A stretch of DNA of 57,678 bases, the filler included, from Platydemus manokwari (Eukaryota): NCBI GenBank assembly GCA_037951405.1. It is 5 parts of 5 records of this genome, joined end to end, with 100 filler letters (N's around TTAATTAATTAA, not from the genome) between each part and the next. Parts side by side here need not be neighbours in the genome. Positions count along the whole stretch, not along the records: positions 1 to 9,119 come from JBBMOY011296650.1; positions 9,220 to 22,001 come from JBBMOY011966934.1; 3 more parts are not named here. One strand, written 5' to 3'. Below are positions 1 to 13,349 of the stretch, piece after piece. Below the pieces are notes generated by a model, which did no database searches, was not told the origin of the DNA, and saw nothing but the letters and a program-made list of their open reading frames with translations. Each line of letters starts with the position of its first letter. Within the stretch, counting starts at the first letter, position 1. The translations under genes were made by a program, and so were the position numbers.

Positions 1-535
1 TTTATCAGAATCATATTTGATATCCGATATCATTATGTTTATTTAATAATATATTTAATAATATATTATATATCGATATGAAGTTAACAGTAATCATTTG
101 ATAAAAATCAATATTTTATAAAAAAATATATTTATTCAATATTCACCAACCATTTATGATGACTCACATTATTTAAAATTAAAAGAATTATGAAAAAAAT
201 ATAAATTCAATAATTATTCGGCATTAAATTATTCGGTTTAAATTGGGAATTAAAATTTATTATATTAATATGTGATCGAGTTATTAATATGAAAAATGAA
301 AAAAATTTGTCTTGACAAAACATAAAAAATTAAAAAAAAATATTCATTACTGATTGGCAAATCAAAGGTGACCTTGGTGTCTGGAAACTGGAATGAGAGT
401 TGTTTGCTATTTGGTTCTCTAGCTGTGTAGAAGTTGAATTGTGATAAAAATATTTTTTTTCGAAAATCATATTATAAACAATAATGCTTGTAACAATATA
501 GGATTGGAACAAAAGTCTCGTCCGATAGAAAATGA

Positions 536-735
536 TATTTATTTAACCAACAAAAAATATGCATATTGAGAAATATAAACAAAAAATAATTCGTCTGTAA
601 ATCTGAAATGTTGAAAATAGTCACCTTTAAGGTTCACACGCTTTTTCCAGCGTTCTGGAAGTTGTCTTATGCAGTTTTCATAGAATTTCACAGGTTTTGA
701 GGCGAACCACTTTACCATTAAGTTCGAGTCAATAG
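536..735 (-). mobile_element. mariner transposon 3' remnant (transposase C-terminus plus TIR)
   Basis: Minus strand reads VKWFASKPVKFYENCIRQLPERWKKRVNLKGDYFQ, matching the mariner C-terminal WF.SK..FY..GI..LPERW.K.V...G.YF motif. The terminus TATTTATTTAACCAA at 536-550 is identical to the terminus of the element ending at 18708. Confidence 0.75.
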
Positions 736-2023
736 CACACTTAACATGTGTGTTATATTATTATAAACGTATTATTTATTTAATTGATTCTTTTTGAAAA
801 TCAATTAATAAATTGATTAAAGCATCATTATTTGTCTGTTGATGTAATGATGCCTGTAATCGGCTACTATTTTATAAAACACGCCTTGAAATTCAACTGA
901 AAAATCACCACGAAACCATATTTCACTACAATTATTTAAACAAATTGATATTATAGAATTATAAAATCTTTTCAATGCATTTTCTAAAAATCATCATCAC
1001 CACCATTTTGAAATCCTCACAATGCTAACAAGTGGCATGAAATAATTTTTGAATTTATCGATAAATATTTTCACAGAAAACGCATCATTAACGATTAATT
1101 CTTAACTTACTTGTTTTTCCTAATCTAGCTTCAATTCTCCACTTGGATTCTATTAGTAACCATAACAATCACTGTTGGATCTAATGGAATTCCACAGAAA
1201 TTATATTCCATTCTTACAGATATCAATTCCAGTTGCGTGATACGATTGTCTGACTGTTGCCACTCAGACGAAATCATATAACAACAATCATTTTCGCTTA
1301 AAATTTTTTTTGCTTTTAAATTTTGGAATTATTAATTGATTATGGAAAAGTTTCCCCCAATCATACTTTCATTTCAATTTTATTTATTTTATTTATATTT
1401 TATTTTCCACATCAATCGGTACAATATTGGATTGTATGGATTTTTTCCCGTGAATTGCAAGGGGAGCACTGTTTTCTAAAATTATCGCAATGTCAGATAT
1501 TGATTTGATATCTTTTGGAAAAATGAGCGGGTTTAATCGATCGTTTCCATTAGTTCCCATTTCATTGAGATATATTCCCGATAAAGCGATATTTTGTTTA
1601 TTTATCCATCAATCGAAATATTTTTTTTGTCAAATAGATTCGAAGAAAAAATTATCAATATTCCTGCTATAGTGGAACAAATAAATGCTAATATAAATAC
1701 AAGTCTGTGAGAGAGAATTTAGAAAGAACCACGATGGTATTTGGTCAAGAAATATGAGATCCGATTTACATCATCTTTACATATTCACCGTTACCATGAC
1801 AAACATAGCATCAAACTCTACAATAATGGGAGACGGAAATAAGCTATTTAAATTGATTGATATAATCTTTCTTGATTAGACTTCTACATAAAATGGATTA
1901 TATTTGTGATGATATGATTCGATATATTTACCAATTACATTTCAATAAAATGCTGAAAACCAATAGAAAAGGAATTATTTATTGAACCCATTATCAATTA
2001 ATAGAGGATTAAGAATACACGAT

Positions 2024-2085
2024 AACAAGACTGCCGAATATCTATTTGGAGAATGAATTGAAAAATGTGATTCAGCAGTCTTGTT
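2024..2085. repeat. short inverted repeat / 62-nt hairpin
   Basis: aacaagactgccgaat (2024-2039) pairs with attcagcagtcttgtt (2070-2085), 15 of 16 bp. Confidence 0.6.
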
Positions 2086-3529
2086 CACTGATCGAAATGA
2101 GTTAATTATTATCCTATATTATTTAGTCTTCAGCTTTTATTTATGAAGCTGATCAACAATAATAAGTTTCGGAGAAAAAGATTTGATTATTCTGTGAATG
2201 AACAAGACGGTTACAATTAGATATTCTGATCAGTAGAAAATTCATTATCAATTGAATTCCTCTTAATAGGAGAATGTTTCCCATCACTGGGGAATCCAAG
2301 TCATCATAATTGAGTGATAATAATTAGCATTGGTACCGATGGTTACAGTAGAATAATTATTTCCAATAAGTGGTATGGTTGCCATGGTAATTGATTATTA
2401 TTGATTAATGAGATTGGTCAGATTTGTCTGCCTATAGATATTGAGAGATTCTTCTCATATGTAGATTTGCTTTTAATGAGCCGTAATGTTGATTAATATT
2501 TGAATATATATTGATTATTATGCTAGAGCCTACTCAAATATGAAAGCTCTACAATCATATCTCACTCCTATCAACTGTTTAGGTTCTGTATGATTTAACT
2601 AAATTTTGTATAAAATTCTGCGTCAAATGACGTGAAAAGTGAAAATGAGATGCTTGTACAGTGCTATAGAGAAGTATCTTTACTCTATAGGAAAGGCTTA
2701 GAATTGTATGTCATGGGTTCCGCAAGCTCCACTGGTTTACTTATTTGGCTTTGCTCCACTCAAGGACATGATTAACGATTTATTTATCCAATCGTTGCTG
2801 GCGAAGAAATAAGATCTTCATTCGTGTAATACGATGTTGTGCGTATGATGAGAATGAGAAGGAATGAAACTAGTCAACAAAGTTATTCAAGAAAAATGAT
2901 CTATTTGACAGCCATCTTATTTATCTGCTTCAAAAGTTATGAGCTGAATTTCTCTCAATTCTAATGGACGAATTTTTTGTGTAGAAGCCGGGTGACCTCT
3001 ATCAACGTGATTTTTAAAATTTTCGTGAAATTTGAGAAGAGATTGTATACAACACGAGCGCATACAGTATCGATTAATTATTCGATAGTTTTTTTTTTAT
3101 TTTTAAAAAATGTAGGAACATAGTTGTCAACTCAATAAAAGAATTATGATTTCAAGTCTTCTTGAAAAGTATGTAACCTGATATATTAGATGGAGGCAAT
3201 TTATAATACAATATTGAGGTAAAATAAATAATAAAATAAATATCTGAATAATTGAGCTACAAAATAAAAGGAAATATCGAATAATTGAAGTGATAGACAG
3301 ATTGATAATGCACTTGAAAAGTATTGATGAATTACAGAAAACAAAAAACACAAAAACCACATGGAGACAACAATCCGAGTGAGGGTTTTAATGTTTTGAT
3401 ATTTCATTCTTAAATAATATAATCTAATAGAATTATATTAATAAACAATAATTTGTTTTAATATGGCAATTAAATATACTCTCCATGTTGAACTTTCTTA
3501 AAATCATTTTGATGTGCATTTAATTAACT

Positions 3530-4110
3530 AGCGGCAGTTAACAAGGCGCAAAACACTGGTATTTGAATCGATTAGAAATTAATACCGTTACCATAGGTCT
3601 TGATAGAACTGCTCAACACAATTATTCTTATCACAAAGTTTCGTTGCAGTATTTATTAGTTTCATTTTTCATCAGAAGGACCATTTGGAATTGAGACAGA
3701 TTTAAGCAACACATTTTTTTCGAGAAAAACTTTTAACATAACGTGAATAATATTTCTGTTTTGTCAAAGGATTAGCTATCCAGTTACCGATCCTTGTAAA
3801 TTCTCTTACAACAATCTTGTTTATAACATTCTTTAAATGTTGCGATAAACTTCTTGAAAAGCTCAATGGATTAGTATATTTCTTTGATTTCCAATACTGC
3901 TTTTTTCTTTCTTTTATAAACATAACAAGAGTTCATTTTTAATTGTCTCTTCTAATTGTATCACTGATGTTTCGATTTTTTCGCTACATGATGTATATGG
4001 AAATATCATTCTCCGTATATAAGTTTTAACTAATTTTAACCTTTTTATCATGTTTTTTAATCGATGGGATTGTTTTTATTTCTTACTCCCTTCATTTGGT
4101 TTTGCTTTTT
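3530..4110 (-). mobile_element. degenerate hAT (Charlie/Buster-like) transposase remnant
   Basis: Fragments KAKPNEG, RNISDTIRR, LSQHLKN...NWIANPL, LNLSQF, LC*AVLS and VLRL resemble Buster-family motifs (KPHTIGE, LSNDTV.RRI, HL...WI.NPF, LCE..FS, LRL) in the expected order. Many stops and deletions. Confidence 0.45.
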
Positions 4111-5059
4111 AACTAATCTCTCAAAAATTTTCTGTAGAGCTTCACTTACTTCGGGGAATGTCGTAGACCGATTTATTTGGGTTCTTCTCACATTAATAAT
4201 GTCATCGAAAAATTCAATTCAGGACAACGGAATTTTTAAATAAATAGCAACTTTAAAGTTCTTCTCACGCAGTTCTGACGAATGTCCTCTAAATACACAA
4301 GCGATTCTCTCCAGGTAATATCTCTCACTGTTATCATTATGAGTTTTTGAAATGTTGATGGAACTGTCATCATGTACATTGTCGCCATTTTATTGATAAT
4401 GTTGTCCGGCTATACTTGGCAACATGCATTGGCAGTCATTAACTTATAAGTTCAATTACTTTTAGTTTCAATTTCTATCCTAATTACAATTCGGCTCCTA
4501 CAAGGAATCGAAAATAGAAATTGATATGTCTATCAATTTCTTTCTTTCCAACCCAATGGTTGCAAAATAATTTTTAATGACAAATAATTATAATGAGTTT
4601 TAATTTTTAGACAGATATAACCACAAATATAAAAATATCTCTACAAACATACCTATTTAACTTATCGTTTAGAAGATATCTGTGATATTATTCTATACAA
4701 AATTCATAAAATCATTGATGGTCGCAAAGGTCTTTTTAAAATGAAAAATTATCGTTAAAAATTTAAAACGATAATTTGTTAAAAATAAAAAATTTATTGA
4801 CATTAAGTAATATAAATGATCAATATAATTTCTTTGAAAATTTCGATTAAATGTACTTTTGTGGGTTGAATTTCTTAATTTCGGTTTCAAATTTTTTTTA
4901 TGGAATAGTAAAAACTTTTAGAAATTAAGAGAATTTTTTTCGATAATAATTTGTATATAATAAAACAAAGAGTCAATCATATTTTATAATAATAATTATT
5001 ATTTTATAATAATTTTGTAATAATTAATTTCATATTTATTTCGATCAGACATGTAATTG

Positions 5060-5370
5060 AGATTTAATAACAAAGCTATCGGATTATAAACCATTCCCTA
5101 TATTGATTCAGTGACTGTTAATTTGATCTATTATATCTTTAATTAATCCTATCTTATCAATTAATATTAAAGCGGTATTATTATTCTCAACAACCCTTAT
5201 AAAACTCCAGGCATCAACAATGTTGATTCTATATTCTGCCAATTCAAATAAATCATCGATTCGTTACAAATATAAAACAATCTCTCCGTCGATTGAATAT
5301 TATTTTCCGCTTATTTCCAAAGAAAATTAATATCTCCCAAGAAATTATTATCGATTGATTGTGTTTTCAT
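5060..5370 (+). mobile_element. non-LTR retrotransposon (LINE) RT N-terminal remnant
   Basis: NKAIGL*TIP...IFN*S, NPYKTPGINNV and FPLISKEN*YLPRNYYRLI resemble LINE RT motifs (K(A/S)PG.D.I; V.PI.K...NYRPISL). Confidence 0.4.
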
Positions 5371-8300
5371 TTTTAAGTGAAGATATAAGTACAGAAAATT
5401 CATTACTCTAAAAATAATAATGATAAAACCAATTAATTAATTAAGGCAAATATTTGAGTGCTGATAATGAATCTGGGAGATGACATGGTTAACATTTTTT
5501 CAGAAAAATCAATAAAAGAGAACAAATGAAAAGAAAACATAAAAAATAAATTTTTCCACATGAACTGGGTCCGATTATCCCCTGTATAAAATCAAAACTA
5601 CCTCAGTTAAGTTGGCCAATAAATCAAGTGAACTGGGTATGTGCTTAAATCCATCAAAGAACGAATTATTACCGGTGACCTCACAGAAATCGCCAGATAT
5701 TCCATCATGGCATATGGAAGATGCGTTCTTTTTATCTAGTAAATTAATCCCAGACCTACATTCTTTATCAACACATTGATAGTATTGTCATCGTTAAATT
5801 AACCAAACAACATTTCCAATACCATCACAATAATGTTTATTCTTGATAATCATTTTAAACAACATTACGAATTATAAACTCTATCTTAACAAAGTAATTA
5901 TCAAGCATCGATTTATTGAATATTTATGGATAATTCTATTCAGATAATAATGAAAAAAAAATACATATATTATAATTATCTGGCATCTATTTCAATATAT
6001 TCAAGAAATGTCCAAGGTTGAGAAATTGAAACCGATAACAACGAAAACTATCGATTTTGACGAAAATCCTGTATGCTGGGAAGCATTTGAATTGGTTAAG
6101 ATAATTACAGTTTCACCATATTCATAGGATATTTGTTTTTGGAAAGGCAATATATAATTTGCCATGCATAATTGCTCCAGTCAAGATATTGTGGATGAGC
6201 ACGATAATTGAGCCGCATAATTCCTAGCAATAGGTATAAACTGATCGTTCATATGAAAACGAAGATGTCAAACATTCTTTATTTCCTATCGACACTTTCA
6301 ACTCCAAAACGAATTCTCCAGTTTGAGAGTTTGTCTGTATGCAAGATAAATGCAATTATCCAATTATAATATTATCTTTTCTTTTAAAGTTTTCTAGATT
6401 GTGGTTGTTTGGAAATGGAAATTAGTTTTTCTCAATGCAACTTTTATTCAACAATTCTAGCTATTAGCAATCGCAACGAAAACAATAAATTACGGTTTTC
6501 TATCAACAGGTTAAGGTAAAGTCAGGTGGAGGCAAGAACCAAGAGGACAATGTGCCAGTTATTAAATATCGATTAAATTTGATATAGTTGCTTTTATGAA
6601 TTTTGATTTGGAGTTTATTTCTGATTGCCATTTAATTTTTTAATTTATTTTTTTATAAAAAAAACCAATAAAATTGAAAAATTAATAAAATTTTTTAAAT
6701 ATCTCATTAATTTTAATCAAAGTTATCTTGGAATTATTTAATATTTTAATACTAGTAATTAAAATTTAAACTAAAAAATTTAATAATTAAAAATTTAATT
6801 AAAGTTAGAAATTTCTAATTAAAAAAATAAAAAAATGTTAATATTTTAAAATTTTGTAATATTTCTAAAAAGTTGTTATAATACATTAAAAATATATTTA
6901 ATGGCTGAAATACTAAATTTAAATGTTTTAATAACTTATTACACACAACAAATTTCTAAAAATAATAATCTGGAGATCATAAAATAAATAAAGGTTGTCC
7001 CCTAAATTATATTCACGCTTTATATAAGTTGGTAAAGTAGGTATTTGTTAAAATTCATTTAATCTTCAAAATGTCATAGCATTTACAAGTATCACTTTCT
7101 TGTTTTATCACCTCCTGTTCTCAAACTCATTCATTCTGATCCAAACATTAGGGCCATTAAGAAGCAGTGGAATCTCATATCACGAAACAATTTCATTGGT
7201 GTTTGCATGCATGCGTGTTCAATGGTTGTTCACGATTTGGGTGAGTATTGCATGTCGTTTAGGTATTCCATTAAAAATTGTCTAGTGTGGTGAGGACTGG
7301 TGTACGCCTTCAAGACATTATTTTAGCCTTTTATTATAGAATTTTCATGGTACAAAAAAATTTATAACATAGTAAAAAACCTCGAAATTGCATTTCCAAT
7401 TCAATACCAAAATAAAAATTAGCACAATGAAGTAATATATTATTAATAATATTATAAAGGATATAAAACTAATGAGCGATATGCTAATATGCAAGTGCTG
7501 GTGACATTCCTGGCCAAGGAATGTTTTTGTAAAGCAAACCTATCTACCAATAAACAAATTATATTTTGGCAAATAGGATATTCAGTTCTATTCATATCAG
7601 TAGATAAAACATCCAACCCGGCTATTAATGAATTAACGACTTTTATATAATGATTATCAAACCTTAAATTCTTTTTCCAATAATCAATATTTCAACTTAA
7701 AATGGAACATCATTTCAGCTTACTCATATTCTCATTCGATATCGCCGAAAAATCTTTGAATTTTGTTTTTTGAAATTTTATGCACAACTACAACAAATGT
7801 AGTTCAACTTCATTGGCTGGATTTTACACAACAAACAATAAGCAGCACATATTCGACAATTTATTGATCCAATTTGTGATGACGCTATGAAAGAAACCAC
7901 AATTAATCATTGCTCATAATGCAAATACATTTATAAAATTTTCAATCCATATTTGATGTGATTGTTGTGAGAAGTGTTGCTAATGATACATTTCTGTGAA
8001 AACAAATCATTAATTCTCATTGTTTTCAATCGCATTTCCTTCATGATGAATCGCAGTAAAACCCAGTCGATATGAGATGTGTCTCCACCAGCAGTATTTT
8101 GTTATCCGGCATAACAACGATTGTGACAATTGACCGATTTTCATTGGTGCCAATAGATGACGTCATTGTTTGCAATCGATTGTTTTTCATAACGAATTGC
8201 ACAGACAGAAATTTCATGAAAACACGATATCAGAGGAAATGTCGATATTCATTCGATTGTAAAAACAAATAAACCCAAACTAAATTTCGAGACTACAGAA

Positions 8301-8653
8301 ATAATCCAATCAATTAATTTCCATATTTATATGAAGATTGGAAAATAATTTTTTCTTTGTCATTTTTATATCGATTATCATCATCTATGAATTTCAAAAT
8401 TCTCAATTTGAAATGGAAACGAAAAGCGAAAAACAAACAATAAACAAGACTCATGTCGATCATTGAATGTGAAGATATTATTAATGGGTGATGAACAGAC
8501 AAACGAATCATACAACGAACAACACTCACAAGCCATATCCAACCTGTGACAGTTCTATCGACATGCATCTTATAAAAAACGAAATATTTTGGTTTTGGCT
8601 TTAGTTTAGGATTTTCGACAACTGTGTCAATTGTAAACCCGAACTAGTGGGCA

Positions 8654-8763
8654 ACATGTAAGTAATATCCATAGCTAGTCTTTGAAAGCTCAACCTTCAA
8701 ATACTCACTCGCACGTATTTGAGAATTACGCGTTCAAGGACTGGCTATGAATACTACCCATGT
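8654..8763. repeat. 110-bp imperfect palindrome (MITE-like or RNA hairpin)
   Basis: catagctagtctttgaa pairs with ttcaaggactggctatg (15 Watson-Crick + 2 G-T). Inner stem tcaaatac/gtatttga, outer acatg/catgt. Confidence 0.7.
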
Positions 8764-9119
8764 CACATCTATTTATACCGATGAATGATTGAGAGAAAAG
8801 CAGTATATTGTGTGATTTTATATTCTTTACAGCTCTATTTGTCGATTGTTTATATTTGTAGCGAATTCAAGAATTGGAAATTTTTAAATAGCTTTTAATC
8901 GATTTATTTTTCATATGGAAACAAATGAATTGAGGTGGGAATCATTTAAATGGAGAAAATTTTATTTCGATAAAATCGACATCGTAGAAAACTAGTTGTT
9001 TTACTAAACAAAAAATATGGATTTGATTACTTTTTGATGACATAAAAATTCTGTTCAGGGAAGGCTTAAATTTGTACTTGTTATTCTTATTATTAAAAAT
9101 ATAATAATAATAATTTTAT

Positions 9120-9219
9120 NNNNNNNNNNNNNNNNNNNNNNNNNNNNNNNNNNNNNNNNNNNNTTAATTAATTAANNNNNNNNNNNNNNNNNNNNNNNNN
9201 NNNNNNNNNNNNNNNNNNN
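9120..9219. other. assembly gap with artificial six-frame stop linker
   Basis: 44 N + TTAATTAATTAA + 44 N. Confidence 0.97.
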
Positions 9220-9478
9220 TAATTGAAAATTAAAATAATTAATTTAATTTTTATATTACCTAATATTTTAAATTTAATATGATAAAAAATAAATATATCT
9301 CAATTTTTTATTAGATTATTTATAATTTTCTTTCCTGTATATGCTATATATCGAATATGAGAAATCGATAAACTTTCACAGTGCCAATTGACATACAATT
9401 GTATACAAAATTAAATTATAGATATTGTTTTTATTAGGGAAAATATGAAAAGATAAATAAAATAGATTTTGTCTTAAG

Positions 9479-10669
9479 ATTCAACAAGCAGTTAATGGTG
9501 CTAAGAAAAATGAATTCGCTATTCCAAACTTTTTTTCAGAAAATAATATAAATATTTCAAATCAGTGCAATTCTGCTATTCGAAACATGATGAGCACTTC
9601 ACATTCTGGTGCTGTTGACACTAGATTTAATTATAATGATCCTACCTCAATACCTAGATTTATTTCAACTCCACTCATCGGTAATGTCTCTATGGAAGAT
9701 TCTGTTTACAACAACAATTTCGTCGAAGCAAAGAATTTGAATCACAATAATTATTCTTACGATTCTTATAATGTACTGTCAAATAGTTGTACAGTGACAT
9801 CTAGTGACGTACCTAATCAATATAATAATTTTTTTGAGTCCATGTGCACTAACAATCAATATTATAACAACTCATACATGCCTTCGTCATATGTGATTTA
9901 TGATCCACGAAGTAATTCGTTTCAAAACGTTATGTTTGTTCCGCAGGTGATGCCAATGGTGAATCCATCTATGGAATTAAATGAAGAAAACCAATATTAT
10001 TTACAGCAAATGAATGAAGCCAGAAATATGCAGAACTTCACTTATCCGGACTATGAAAACTATCCACCAACTGAAACAATGAATTTGAATAATCAGTATG
10101 AACATTTGCATTCCCAGCTTTTAGAAACAAATGTATTTTCTCAAGATTTGAAAGAAGAAACCACATACGACGATCTCGCACAAGATCGAGATGGAACTGA
10201 AGTTATTCCACAAGAGGAATCGGAATCGATACATTCATTAAATAGAAATAATAGTGGTGATTCCGAAGGATATAGTTCGGAAGATGAACAATTGAACATC
10301 GTCCAAGGTGATGAAATGCTTGAGGAACTTCAAAAATTGTCGTCGGTATTTACAAATGTCGTTAATGTATCAGCCATGTCACGCAATGTCAGCATTTCTG
10401 AACCGATCGAATTATTGAGCAACAGCAATTCATCGCGATTCAAAAAGACGAGAATCAAAGAACGGACAACGTTCTGGAACAACAAACAAGCCATTGTGAA
10501 GGATAATTTGGTTAAAATTATTCCACAAGAAGTTTTACAAATTCCGTTCATTGACAACAAACGATTGGATCAATTTGATGATGAAACTTTCCGTGATTTA
10601 CTTTCAAACAAAAGTGAGCTTTATCAATTTATCAACATTTTAGATTTGAGCATTTATCAATGTGTGTAA
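9479..10669 (+). CDS. large (probably terminal) coding exon of an unknown gene; Asn/Tyr/Gln-rich low-complexity protein with acidic middle and ordered-looking C-terminus
   Basis: The 360-aa ORF 9587-10669 is by far the longest in the window. The same frame stays open 36 codons upstream (IQQAVNGAKKNEFAIPNFF...) to an acceptor-like ttttgtcttaag at 9478. No recognisable family motif. Confidence 0.7.
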   Translation: MQQAVNGAKKNEFAIPNFFSENNINISNQCNSAIRNMMSTSHSGAVDTRFNYNDPTSIPRFISTPLIGNVSMEDSVYNNNFVEAKNLNHNNYSYDSYNVLSNSCTVTSSDVPNQYNNFFESMCTNNQYYNNSYMPSSYVIYDPRSNSFQNVMFVPQVMPMVNPSMELNEENQYYLQQMNEARNMQNFTYPDYENYPPTETMNLNNQYEHLHSQLLETNVFSQDLKEETTYDDLAQDRDGTEVIPQEESESIHSLNRNNSGDSEGYSSEDEQLNIVQGDEMLEELQKLSSVFTNVVNVSAMSRNVSISEPIELLSNSNSSRFKKTRIKERTTFWNNKQAIVKDNLVKIIPQEVLQIPFIDNKRLDQFDDETFRDLLSNKSELYQFINILDLSIYQCV

Positions 10670-10999
10670 TAGATTTTATTGATTTGTTCTGCCAACATTA
10701 TCATTATTAAATGAGAGATTATTTATAAAGTTGAAATGTGGAATTTATTGATGATTCCCATTGGCTTATCTTTATCATAAATAAATAAACAAATAAACAA
10801 ATAAATAAACATTTTTGTTATTGTATAGATTTTTATTCGATTACAAATAAAATACAGCGGTGAGCCTAAAGATGGTTTGAAATCGAACAAATTCGCCCGA
10901 ATTAAATATTGGAGGGGTTTCATAATAATATAGACACCAATGATTGTCACTGTTAGAATGATATTGTGAATTCTATGTTAGAGATGAGTGTTAACTGAT

Positions 11000-12120
11000 C
11001 GAATTGAACCAATTCACAACAAGTGATCCAATAGAATAGCTTTCTGGACTTGATTAGAGAAAATTGATGGATAGTCATTCTTACAAGAACACCGATTAAA
11101 TGGATTTTATTCTGTTTAAATGTGTAAGGCGTGGAAATAATTCAAGAAGATTAGGGATTTGTTTTATAACGAGTTCTAAGATCTCAAATCTTCATTTTTG
11201 CCCATATAAATCACTTGTATTGCTAAAAGCGTCATTGTCATTGTAATGATTCCATTTTATCTAAATATGCTTTAAATCTTGACTCTTCATTTTCAAAGAA
11301 AAATAATTACAAGATGTTATAAGATTCCATGTTTTCATCAAATAATCAATAAATCCCAGATAAATCAAAACTTCTCATATGAAAATTCATGCAGATTTAT
11401 TCACTTTGTTTAATAAAGTAAAATTGCTTTAATTAATCTAAATAGTTTCCAACCAAATTTTTATCTGATGTCTTTCTCTTCGAGTTTATAATTTCATTGA
11501 CAGCTTATCCTACATTTCCGTTTAATATGTATGTCAAAGATTTTTATTCTGAATACTTACAGATCTCAAGTGTTCAAATTCCAACTGTTGTTTAACCATT
11601 TAAGCCCTTATCATTGGTGAAAGAGAAAAATGATATAATACCTGGTCACTGATACACCAGTGAGGAGATATATTATCTTGATATAAACATGCATAATATG
11701 TTTTGTATTCATATGTTTTGTGGTTATTATTTTATAGGTAGTGACACTACTAATACCAATTATTTACTCATTCGCTTCAGGAGCTCAGGAAGGAGGATAA
11801 AAATAGCTCAATGCTCAAAGGCCTAAATTCATAGACACTTTAATTTTTCCACTAATCGACCTTGGCTAGAGTTTTGTAAAATTTTCGTATTAACAATGTC
11901 TAACTGGATTAGTGACCTAGATGAATTCACCGTTTAGATTGCCTATATGGAGCTCTATTATTCAATTTCTTATTGTTTTTTATTAATATTAATGCTGAGA
12001 ATGTTTAATTTTTTACTTACTTTAGACTTCTAAGAGCTATTTCCGCCTATCATGTGGTTTGAATTTTCACTTTCCAAAGGTTTAGTTACACATTAACGTA
12101 GCCACCATATTTTACATTAT
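11000..12120 (-). mobile_element. highly decayed LINE (APE endonuclease and downstream region, L2/CR1-like)
   Basis: YGGYVNV, YFYPPS, CISDQ and NFHMRSFDLSGIY*LFDENMESYNIL occur in the order expected for GGGV / IYRPP / ISDH / F..L...DW..IY...D.N..Y. Confidence 0.4.
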
Positions 12121-13349
12121 TTTTTAAGTTACTATTTTTGTAAATTATTGAGCTTTACTGTGCCAAAGTTAAGTGAAATAATTTAAGGTAGTTTATATCC
12201 TTAAGTATTGAAATTAATGGATTTAAACGAAAAGAAATAATAATTTTATAATAATTTTATTATTTTTTAGCATTTCAACTCATATCCAACGATTTTCTAA
12301 CTCAAGTTTTGCTTCTTATTATCAATTATTAAGTTAAAAGGTGACCTATAGGATCGGAATATCTAAGGCTCACAATTGTAAATTCTTTGAAAAAGCTAAG
12401 CATTAGATTATAATATTTTCAATTGAATTATGGCGTCTGTTTTGTTATTGAAAAATATTTTTTGACTGTTCGATTATTGGATAAAATAACAAGATCTTAT
12501 AGTAGTTACCATATGCAGTCATCCGTCGATTGCATAACATATCGTATGCACATTTTTTAAGTCGAATAATCAGAATTTGCATGTAAATTTCGTTGTATTT
12601 TATCAAATGATCTCTTAACGATTGCCGGAAGTGCTTATTTTAAAAATTCAAATTACATAAATATGAAATAAAAACGAATAAGCTCACACAATAATTCCAA
12701 TGGGGCGGAGTCGTGATATATTTATATTTAAAACAGAAACTGTTATTTAAGTTTGATCATTTGTGTGTAATTCGACCACCACTTAATCCTAAAATGAGCA
12801 CCTTATTATGGATTTTGAATTGATTATGGATATGCTTCTGTTCAGAATTTCAGAATAAAACGGTTGTTTTCAACTTGATAAATTTAATTGAATAATATTT
12901 TAAGAAAATATTATTTCTGTCTAGCACAAAATTGCAATGTTATTTTTTAATTTCGTTGCTCTTTCAATGTCAGATCATGGATTTTTCTATTATGATCACT
13001 TCCCGGTATCAGAGAAATTTGTCAATGGAAAAAACTGTTAATAGGTTCTTTCGATTAAAGTTTTTATCAAAAAAATATATCGATAGGCTTTAAGATATTA
13101 ACAGGAATATTTTTTCTATATCGATTTTCATTTTTGTATCTATAATTAATTTATATATCATAATTTTTTACAGGAAATATTTTTATTTAAAAATACGAAG
13201 CGAATTTTGACTTATATTTTGATATTCGATGGATGCATATGTAATTTTAGATCAATCTCCATTTCTAATTTTCTAATACTACTATATCGCACAAATTTAA
13301 ACAGTATCCTTATTGTATTATCTCTAAAATGTAATTAATTATCGGAAAT

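Noticed and set aside
7080-7290. Possible Tc1/maT transposase C-terminus (IRAIKKQWNLI)
   Set aside because: Single weak motif, no TIR found.
9164-9175. Recurrent TTAATTAATTAA palindrome as a biological repeat or CRISPR-like unit
   Set aside because: It is always centred in exactly 44+44 N, so it is an assembly linker. No repeat-spacer arrays exist in the window.
10330-10560. 76-aa minus-strand ORF
   Set aside because: Antisense shadow of the long + strand exon.
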